A DNA stretch of 46,266 bases, from contig JAFGJV010000022.1 of the NCBI GenBank assembly GCA_016928955.1, forward strand, positions 1-46,266, read 5' to 3'. The notes beneath the pieces are model-generated. The model was not told where the DNA came from. It saw only the letters and a list, made by a program, of their open reading frames with translations, and made no database searches. Positions 37,801 through 43,477 of the stretch are shown here, in pieces. This DNA is from Spirochaetales bacterium. Lineage in GTDB: Bacteria; Spirochaetota; Spirochaetia; Treponematales; UBA12059. The position numbers and the translations under genes were made by a program. The first letter of the stretch is position 1, and each line of letters opens with the position of its first letter.

Positions 37801-39580
37801 CCTCCCGGCTGAGGCGGCCATGCGGGCCCACCTGTCCCGGTTCCTGCCCGCGTACATGGTCCCGACTATTCTGCGCCGGGTGGACTCCTTCCCGCTGACC
37901 GTGCACGGCAAGGTCGACGACGACGCCTTGAGGGCTGTCTGCGCCTCCCGGCCGGACGACGGCGCGCCGAGCGCCGAGTTGACCGAGGACGAGCGTCGCC
38001 TGGCTGATATTTGGGAAGGGGTGCTTGGCTCAAGGCCGCGCTCGCCAGATGACGGGTTCTTTGAGCTGGGCGGCAACTCGGTGAGCGCCATGCGCCTGAT
38101 CCACGCCATCCGCGGGGAACTGGGCGTGGACCTGCCCATGCGCGACGTGTTCTCCGCCAACGACCTGGGAGAGATGGCCAGGGCCATAGCGTCCCGGGGC
38201 ACGGCATCCGGCGACGCGGTGCCTGCCGCTTCTCCCTCCGCCGACTATCCGGTGAGCCGGTCTCAGGAAGCCATTCTGTTGATGGGCGACGCCTATGGAG
38301 CGAGCGCCGCGTACAACGAGGCGGGCGCGGTGATAGTGCCCTATCGCGTCGACCCTGGCCGCCTGTCCGCCGCCCTCCGCGTCCTTCAGGACCGCCATGA
38401 CGCGCTTCGCATGTATTTCCGGAGAAACGGCGCCGAGTACCGGCAGATCCTGGCTGACGGCATGGAGCCGCCCGTGTTCGAACTGGGCGCGCTTGCCGGG
38501 CTTGATCCCGCCCAGGCCGCCAGCGCGGCGGTCAAACCCTTTGACCCGACTCGGGCGCCCTTGTACCGGGTGTCTCACGGTCGCCTGGACGGAGGCAAAA
38601 GCCTCCTGGTCTTCGATTTCCACCACGCCATCATGGACGGCGCGTCCATAGGTGTTTTTGCGTCCGAGCTTGGGGCCTTGCTGGATGGCCGGGACCTGCC
38701 CCCGGCGCCGGCGCGAACCTTCCGGGATTTCAGCTCTTGGTTCGCGTCCCGGGGCGACGTGGAGACGGACCGGGCCTGGTGGCTGACCACCTTCTCTCCG
38801 CTGGCCGGACCCTTCCTCCTGCCCGTGGACCGGCCCCGCTCTCCGGTACCCGATTACCGCTCGGCGGAGTACGCCATGGAGCTGGACGCGGACACGGTGG
38901 CCAGGGCGGCCGTCACGGCGGCCGCGGCCAAGGCCAGCCTCTTCTCGTACTTCCTGGCCTGCATGGCCGTTGTCCAGTCGCGGTACGCCGGCACGGCCAG
39001 CTGCGTCATCGGCACGGTGGACGAGGGGCGCGGTCGGCCCGAATCGGCCGGGGTCCTGGGACCCTTCATGCGCACCTTGCCCATACTCTGCGAGGTGGAC
39101 GGCCGGGCCGGTTTCCTGGACGTGCTGTCCGGCGTGGCCGCCAATCTGGCCAACGCTATTGACCACGACGGCTACGCCTACGAGCGCCTGGCCGAGGAAC
39201 TTGGCCTCAAGCGCGTGCCGGGAACGCATCCTTTGTTCCAGACCATTTTCGCGTGGCAGAACGGCGAGGAAGGCCGCTCCGTGGTCGAGGCCATGGGCCA
39301 CGACGCCGTGAGGGCCGACTCGGGGGCGGCCAAGTTCGAGATTCTGGTTGACGGGACGCCCACGGCGGATGGCCGGGCGGAGTTCAGGTTTGAGTACCGG
39401 GCTGCCGTGTACGACGAGTCGAGCATCAGGCGCCTGGCTGAGGATTTTGCATCGGTGTGCGCCCACGCCGCCCGCGAGCCGCGCTGTCCGGCGGCCGAGC
39501 TCGGGCTTGAGCCGGCCGCGCAGGGTGCCGGGGAGCTGACCGAGGGCGGCTTTGACTTCAACGGGGGAGCCGAGGCATGA
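28895..39580 (+). CDS. Hybrid type I PKS-NRPS: KS-AT-DH-ER0-KR-ACP-C-A-T-C
   Basis: KS DTACSSS/HGTGT/NIGH; AT GHSIG and GPFHS; DH HVVQGGIIFP and HPAVLD; ER remnant PGPGEVEV without a NADPH motif; KR TGGLKGLG/VFDD/YAAAN; ACP LGLDSL; C HHSIIDA; A FTSGSTGRPKG/YGPAE/YRTGD; T LGGNSV; terminal C HHAIMDG. ATG 28895 follows GGAGG (28883 is an alternative start). Confidence 0.96.
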   Translation: MKSKAAREPIVIAGIGCAFPGGADCPDAFWKLLLDGRDTVTTVPPSRWDADAFYHPDWTVYGKIHSKYGSFLSDEQLETFDPLFFGIPPLAAQKMDVQQRWLLEASFRALEDAGVGLETVDGSNCGVYIGVSAKEYGELVMSDHVRDVIDGNSIVGNSAAICSNRISYIFNLKGPSITMDTACSSSLVALHTACQAIWNGDIDAALVGGVNAILSPEVSLAFSTGGYLSPDGRCKAFDHRANGYVRAEGVGVVYLLPASKARDAYASILGTALTQDGFTVGISQPDPEAQARVIRNACASAGVDPAELSYVEAHGTGTAVGDVVEAQSIGRAVGQARGDAGPILVGSVKTNIGHCEPASGMAGLVKVALSLKEGVIPGNLHFQKPNPGVDFDQLNIEVAVGQRAWPNGRRLAGVNSFGFGGTNAHVVLGEAQDVPAPKKTAAAAPRPLFTLSARSKKALSASMLRYADWLDEHPDLNMNDVCATQALHRSAFPWRFALGVRDRESLSALLRQAATGDAPQGSALGRAEDARPGVAFVFSGQGGQWWGMARDLMDGSPSFMETLRLCAITIQSFTGRDLEAELRKDEESSIIGTSFGQLALLAVQMASVSHWASLGVRPAAVVGHSIGEVAAAWTSGVIGLEDAIRIVYQRMLVLDEISGFGTMLAVGLSEKDAERYLADSGLSSEIGTVNGPSLVTFSGARDELERAAADLEAKGVYAKFLKVTGPFHSRHIERYRERIVGEFAYLRPASPTVPYYSSVSGSLLSGPIFDADYTYRNLRQRVRFAQAIERMIDDGWTSFVEIGPHPSLVPYVAETATARRRPCQVLPTMRRKENDWDVCLATLAALHVQGCDVDIGAPWKDGTYVRQRPPAYPFQKERYWFEKAASRASRMGRRVHPLVASRSDLPGREGTHAWKLMLSKRVVPWIAQHVVQGGIIFPAAGICETALGCAQDAFGERFVALEDLRFMQGVYLPKGDEEEPEIVLSVSGDDGSFSVASRPADASGAWTTHCAGRMTHRGRAPDRDIPDVAVARASFTEADRDDFEPIYRKMAENGLELGPSFRAIRRIWIRAGGQWLGEAYGEVEADERDGFDLDSYNIHPAVLDSCWQILIPVIVRHTGDDDMLCLPVSVGSFRLLRAPRGVLSCYGRLRSTDGRSFVTDVWVYDAEGRPCLEILGFTVRHIEGTGHDAAARVAAISYRPSWNDSPLVLAEGAVKTLPSDMRPGGTWLVFMDAAQSLGGVVVGLRELGERVVVALPGVSYDLRGDEATLARQDAGDMARLVAEMGPGSVRGLVYGWSLDRATAAGQAFGDGSAAALETLALLRPLCALPQPPRTWVLTRQASDAGPDPDPALAGAVGVARVAMHEHPALALTLVDMDSDGAPPLDEFLRRENDEEVAWLGDRRVARVIVHTDPDRERLDALKPLDKNTVFGLALDRQSGSDTAVLRAVQAPVPGPGEVEVLVSHVALDTKGRLSGPADAYPARAFSGVVGRVGPGVAGFSEGDAVAGVLAAAPANRLRVDARCLRVLKPGADPAQAAAAEWNGLVAASVRGTLAGLAADASVVVVASPSSPWRELVAALGTRPVSVAPVGGLDSAELERAGAVAVPEGAELGADAVVCLAAEANLYLASRSLRHGGLIVVADRACLDAGGQVPASVLSRCSSVTTVDETALDGNHEALPGPFRLFTLAQASDALSARRAGPCAVLDLGATEGASLSPARSLAELVRADATYVVTGGLKGLGLAISEFLCTSGARHLVLVGRSGADSDEARAGLVKLEDAGAVVRVVRGDVSDPSVAESLFRQDGFPPVRGVVHCAAVFDDALLADMDAERFLGVYGPKARGAFNLHRAAGPMDFFLCFSSVSAAYGNPSQANYAAANAYLDSLCLSRRVRGLGGLALAWGVIGGAGYVARNGKVADMLGAQGWKPLSLRDIGETLDAYLPADPGYRLVMDLDWAKLGQINPADRSSARFGALTGAGSGPSELSDSLADRLATLDPTEAKAVLEAELSAQVARIAGLALDDVDPDEPITALGLDSLMVNQLRNWIMAALKTQVTMMKLMMGPSVRALAGSLLDGSSDAATEGNETNPFSKPIPAAPDADSYPVTSSQRRVLLLSHLDPSSVNYNIPVAVRIRADVDPERALAAFRTLVQSYETLRTSFVFEGGEFRQRVHSRVDIEAAYDEFPETEVDLRLAAFFKPFDLGKAPLCRALVAKLAERDYLLVIEMHHSIIDANSGGILLDAFFRIYSGAEPEPERVRYRDYAVWEAGLRADGAYAGSEAFWLDRLKGPLPSLDLPTDFPRPRRQSFEGDEVRFRLGPARVGQLKDLAAKTGATLSMVLLAAFKTLLHRYSGQEDMIVGLPASARRHADLERLMGMLVSTIPLRSAPASRKRFVDYLTELKGIAIESYENQDYPFDDLFERLVVDRELSRNPLYDVSFTFQDVDLSFSALAADGSVDAYRLPRRAVRFDLGLECFERDEGVDVALCYATRLFRPESARRMASSLERILDAVSEDPKLKIGELPVLSEAERAMLASGMERRADIPDGSWFGLFEMAAAAHADKPALVGTAGVVLSYGALLDRALRVAGAVLGAGATPGQRVAVLAERHEDTVAAILGVLAAGCSFVPFDPAYPDARLADMAGDAGIRLCLGRAALKDRASAVGLGFVDSQGGDRAATATPSSGGDEAYVIFTSGSTGRPKGIAVSHRSLLNYCSWHNRHYGLGPGEVCSKYASFSFDGGLKEFLPPLLAGAAVAVVPDDPDLLLDTENLAPWLKERSVTCAYFPTPVAEEFMKGDHDLPALKAVIAGGDRLHGYRPLSYALYNHYGPAECTISSTVHRVERGGPSVPIGRPIDNTAVYVLDGDSTLVPPGVYGEICIAGAGVALGYVDGDDRGRFRQDPFYPGRLMYRTGDYGRWSGGGDQVLEFAGRRDGQVKVRGHRVETADVEAAMGGLQGAGRVRVLALGDNLAGCWDGLPAEAAMRAHLSRFLPAYMVPTILRRVDSFPLTVHGKVDDDALRAVCASRPDDGAPSAELTEDERRLADIWEGVLGSRPRSPDDGFFELGGNSVSAMRLIHAIRGELGVDLPMRDVFSANDLGEMARAIASRGTASGDAVPAASPSADYPVSRSQEAILLMGDAYGASAAYNEAGAVIVPYRVDPGRLSAALRVLQDRHDALRMYFRRNGAEYRQILADGMEPPVFELGALAGLDPAQAASAAVKPFDPTRAPLYRVSHGRLDGGKSLLVFDFHHAIMDGASIGVFASELGALLDGRDLPPAPARTFRDFSSWFASRGDVETDRAWWLTTFSPLAGPFLLPVDRPRSPVPDYRSAEYAMELDADTVARAAVTAAAAKASLFSYFLACMAVVQSRYAGTASCVIGTVDEGRGRPESAGVLGPFMRTLPILCEVDGRAGFLDVLSGVAANLANAIDHDGYAYERLAEELGLKRVPGTHPLFQTIFAWQNGEEGRSVVEAMGHDAVRADSGAAKFEILVDGTPTADGRAEFRFEYRAAVYDESSIRRLAEDFASVCAHAAREPRCPAAELGLEPAAQGAGELTEGGFDFNGGAEA

Positions 39581-42500
39581 ACGCGTTCGAGCGGGAGCTA
39601 TTCAGGGAAAACGAGCGGTATGCCGGAGCGCGGGAATTTTTCCGCCCCATGCTTGAAGCAGGCGCGGGCGGGCCGTGGTCCACCGTTTCCGAGACGCGGG
39701 TGACCAGGACGGACGCGCTGTCCGACGAAGCGGCGGGCCTGGCCCTGCGCGTCGCCCGGGGAGACGACGTGTCCCTCCTGGCCTTGTTCGCGCAATCGCT
39801 GGGCCTGATCCTGGGCCGCTGCTTCATGGTGGACGGCCTGACAGCCTGGCTGGATCTTGAGGAGCGGAGCGGCGGCCGCCCCTCCCTGCCGCTGCGCTTT
39901 CCCGTACGCTCGGGCGGCTTTGCCAAAAACCTGGTGGAAGCGCGCGGCCTGATCGTCAGGGCAGGCGCTTTTGGGGATTTTGACGCGGCTGCCTTGCTTG
40001 ACGGAGCGGCATCCTTCCGCGCGCTCGAGTTGTGCGTGGGGAAGGCGCGACAGGCCCCAGACCGGGCCCCGGCCGACGTGTCGGCCGCCCTGCTACGGAC
40101 AGACAAGGGCCTTGCGCTGGAGTTGTCGTATAAGCCGTCCTGCCTGCCGGACGCCCTGGCAACGGCCATGGCGGGCTACCTGTCCAAGCTGTGGGCAAAC
40201 GCGTTGGCCGATCCGCAAGCGTCGCCGGAGGAACCGGATTTTATTCCTGCCGCCGAAACCGAGCGCATCCTGGACCAGTGGTCGCGTAGGGGGCGGACGG
40301 ACGACTGGTCGTATCCGGAAAAAAACCTGGCCACCCTGTTCGAGGAAACGGCGCGCGCCCACGCGGACAGGGTGGCTATCAAGGCCGACGGCCGCTCCCT
40401 AACCTACGCCGAGCTTGAACGGGCCAGCGCCGTCCTGGCCACCCGGATCATCAAGGTGGCTGGAGGCCCGGGCAAGCGCATAGGCCTGTTGGCCGACCGC
40501 TCGGCCGGAGCCGTGGTCGCCCTGCTCGGCGCGATCCGGGCGGGTTGCGCCTACGTGCCGCTGGATCCCGACCACCCGGCGGAACGGACGGTCTTCATGG
40601 CCAAGGACGCGTCCCTGTCGGCCATACTGCATCCGGGTTCCCTGGCCGAAGCGGCCGGGAACATAGCGGCGGCGTCTGGCGTCCCTGCGCTGTTGGACTA
40701 TGACGGTCCCGAGCGGCACGAACGCGCTGAGCTGCCCGTTCCTTCGCTGGACGACGCGGCATACGTCATATACACGTCCGGAACCACGGGAGCGCCCAAG
40801 GGCTGCGAGCTCAGCCACCGGAACGTGGCGCGGCTCATGAAGGCTCGCGCTCTGCCTTTTTCCTTCACCGAGCGGGACGTGTGGTCCCTTTTCCATTCGT
40901 TCTGTTTTGATTTCTCCGTGTGGGAAATCTGGGGAGCCCTGCTGTACGGCGGCACGCTGGCCGTGGCCGGGGATGCCGAGCGGGCCGACCCGTCGGTTTT
41001 CCGGTCTTTCCTGGAGGCGGAGGGCGTGACCGTGCTCAGCCAGACTCCCACGGCTTTCTACCGCCTGGCCGAGGCGTGCCGCGACAAGCCGCTTCCCTCC
41101 GTGCGCGAGGTGGTGTTCGGCGGCGAGGCGCTCAAGTCCCGTCTGCTGGCTGCCTGGTCGGCCTCCCACCCCGGGGCGCGCCTGGTCAACATGTACGGCA
41201 TCACCGAAACCACGGTCCATGTCACCTGGAAGGTCCTTGGGCCCGACGACCTGGCCCGCGGTTCGCGTTCCGTGGGCACGGCCCTGCCCACGCTCAGGGT
41301 ATTTCTCCTGGATGCCGCCGGCAGGGTTCAGCCAGCGGGGGCCGTTGGCGAGATATGCGTGGAGGGGCTAGGTTTGGCAACGGGCTATATCAACCAGCCT
41401 GAGCTGACGGCAACCCGCTTTGCCCCCAATCCCCACACCGGCGAGCGCCTGTACCGCTCGGGCGACCTGGGCCGCTGGACGGTGGACGGTGAGATCGAGT
41501 ATCTGGGACGCCGCGATTCCCAGGTGAAAATCCGGGGGCACCGGATAGAGCGCGGCGAGGTAGAGTCAGCGGCGGCCAGGCACGACGCCGTGAGTTCGGC
41601 GGCATGCGCCGCGCGGACTGACAAGGACGGCGACAGCTATCTGGCTCTGTGGTACGCAGCGTCGCGGCCCGTGTCCTTTTCGGAAATGCGCGCGCACCTG
41701 GCCGAGCTCCTGCCCGCGTACATGGTGCCCTCGGCCATGGTCCAGGTAGACGCCCTGCCCTGCACGGCCAACGGCAAGGTGGACCTTTCAGCCCTGCCCG
41801 ACCCCGAGCGGCGTTCTGGTAGCCACGGCAGGAAGCCCGACGGCGAGCTGGAGGAAGCCATGGCGCGCGCCTGGGGAGAGGTGCTTGGCGTCGAGTCGCC
41901 CGGTATGGACGACAACTTCTTCGAGTGCGGCGGCGACTCCATCAAGGCCATGCAGATAGCCGCCCGCCTGAACGACCACGGCCTGTCCCTGGACGTAAAG
42001 GAGCTGTTCCGGCATCCAACGCTGGACGAGCTCAAACCTTACGTCAGGCCCCTGTCTAGGATACCTCCGCAGGAAGCGGCGTCCGGGCCTTGTCCGTTGT
42101 CGCCCATTCAGGAGCGCTTTTTCAGCCTGGGCGAGGCGGGCATGGATGTAGACAACCAGGCCATGGTCCTCCGCGCGCCCGGCGGCTTTGACCGTGAGGC
42201 CTTGGCATCAGCCCTGAACGCCGTTTTTGAGCGTCATGACGCCTTCCGTCTCCGTTTCACAAAGGGCGACGGCGGCGTATGGTCTTCCGCCTATGCCGAC
42301 GCCCGGGCGCCGGCCATCCAGGAATTCCCCAAGGCTGATGACGCCGGGCAGGCTCTGCTGGACGCCGGCCGGGAGCTGAACCGGCCCTTTGACCTGGGGT
42401 CGGGACCCTTGCTCAGGTTCGGGCTTGTGCCCGCGGAGGACGGCGACTACCTGGCCATCGTTGCCCACCACCTGGTCATGGACGGCGTGTCCTGGCGCAT

Positions 42501-43452
42501 CGTGCTTGAGGACCTGGGCGTGGCCTACGCCCAGGCCGTCAAGGGCACGGCAGCATCCTTCCCGCTCCGGAGCGACAGCTACGCCGCCTGGGCGGGATGG
42601 CTGAGAGGGCCAGGCGCAGAGCAGGCCGGGGACACCGCGGACGCATGGCTGGCCATCGGGCAGGACCGGGATCCGTGGCCGGCTGCGGATGGTGCCGCCG
42701 GCTCGCGCTCGGACGCCCGCCTGAAGGCCTTCTCCCTGGACCCTGCACGGACCGAGGAGCTTCTGACCCGCGCATGGAAAGCCTATTACGCGGAGCCGCG
42801 GGACCTGATCCTGGCGGCCCTGGAACTGTCCCTGCCCCCTGAGGCCGGTGAGGGTTCGCTGGTCATAGACATGGAGGGGCACGGCCGCGACGTTCCCTCC
42901 GACCAGCTGGACGTGTCGCGCACGGTCGGCTGGTTCACGTCCATCTATCCGGTGCGCCTGCCGCGCTCCGGCGGCCAGCCAGGGGTGGCGGTCCGAGAGG
43001 CCAAAGAAGCACAGAGGGGCCTGCCTCCGCATCAAAGCTGGGGCGTGCTCAAATATATACTGGGCCATCCGGCCGCCCAAAAGCGCAGGTCCGGCATACT
43101 CTTCAATTTCCACGGGGAGGTGGACGGTTCCGGGCGTTCGGGGGATTTTGAGGTTGCCGACCTGCCCCTGGGGGCCCTCCAGTCGCCGGAACGCCCGCTG
43201 GACTATCCCCTGGAACTCAACCTGATCGTGCGCTCGGGACGCCTGCACTGCGTGCTCAAGTACGATTCAACGCGCCTGGAACGGGCCGTGGTGGACAATA
43301 TGTCGGCCGCCTTCCGCAAAAACCTGGACGCCGTAATCGGGCACTGCCTGTCCCTGCCCGAGGCCGTGCACACGCCCAGCGATTTTGGCCTGTCAGGCGG
43401 CGTGGATAGCGACGACCTGGCCGTGCTTGCCAAGGTGGCGGCGGACCTGTGA
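39577..43452 (+). CDS. NRPS: degenerate half-C, A (Thr-type), T, E
   Basis: A YTSGTTGAPKG, FDFSVWEI, NMYGITETTVH (code DFWSVGMVH read by eye); T GGDSI; E HHLVMDGVSW, EGHGR, RTVGWFT; terminal TPSDF COM motif; ATGA overlap. Confidence 0.95.
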   Translation: MNAFERELFRENERYAGAREFFRPMLEAGAGGPWSTVSETRVTRTDALSDEAAGLALRVARGDDVSLLALFAQSLGLILGRCFMVDGLTAWLDLEERSGGRPSLPLRFPVRSGGFAKNLVEARGLIVRAGAFGDFDAAALLDGAASFRALELCVGKARQAPDRAPADVSAALLRTDKGLALELSYKPSCLPDALATAMAGYLSKLWANALADPQASPEEPDFIPAAETERILDQWSRRGRTDDWSYPEKNLATLFEETARAHADRVAIKADGRSLTYAELERASAVLATRIIKVAGGPGKRIGLLADRSAGAVVALLGAIRAGCAYVPLDPDHPAERTVFMAKDASLSAILHPGSLAEAAGNIAAASGVPALLDYDGPERHERAELPVPSLDDAAYVIYTSGTTGAPKGCELSHRNVARLMKARALPFSFTERDVWSLFHSFCFDFSVWEIWGALLYGGTLAVAGDAERADPSVFRSFLEAEGVTVLSQTPTAFYRLAEACRDKPLPSVREVVFGGEALKSRLLAAWSASHPGARLVNMYGITETTVHVTWKVLGPDDLARGSRSVGTALPTLRVFLLDAAGRVQPAGAVGEICVEGLGLATGYINQPELTATRFAPNPHTGERLYRSGDLGRWTVDGEIEYLGRRDSQVKIRGHRIERGEVESAAARHDAVSSAACAARTDKDGDSYLALWYAASRPVSFSEMRAHLAELLPAYMVPSAMVQVDALPCTANGKVDLSALPDPERRSGSHGRKPDGELEEAMARAWGEVLGVESPGMDDNFFECGGDSIKAMQIAARLNDHGLSLDVKELFRHPTLDELKPYVRPLSRIPPQEAASGPCPLSPIQERFFSLGEAGMDVDNQAMVLRAPGGFDREALASALNAVFERHDAFRLRFTKGDGGVWSSAYADARAPAIQEFPKADDAGQALLDAGRELNRPFDLGSGPLLRFGLVPAEDGDYLAIVAHHLVMDGVSWRIVLEDLGVAYAQAVKGTAASFPLRSDSYAAWAGWLRGPGAEQAGDTADAWLAIGQDRDPWPAADGAAGSRSDARLKAFSLDPARTEELLTRAWKAYYAEPRDLILAALELSLPPEAGEGSLVIDMEGHGRDVPSDQLDVSRTVGWFTSIYPVRLPRSGGQPGVAVREAKEAQRGLPPHQSWGVLKYILGHPAAQKRRSGILFNFHGEVDGSGRSGDFEVADLPLGALQSPERPLDYPLELNLIVRSGRLHCVLKYDSTRLERAVVDNMSAAFRKNLDAVIGHCLSLPEAVHTPSDFGLSGGVDSDDLAVLAKVAADL

Positions 43453-43477
43453 TGGACCATACAAAGGACATTGCGCC

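Noticed and set aside
38060..38090. Inactive carrier domain (GGNS rather than GGDS/GGHS)
   Set aside because: The phosphopantetheinylated Ser is retained, and GGNS variants occur in functional T domains.
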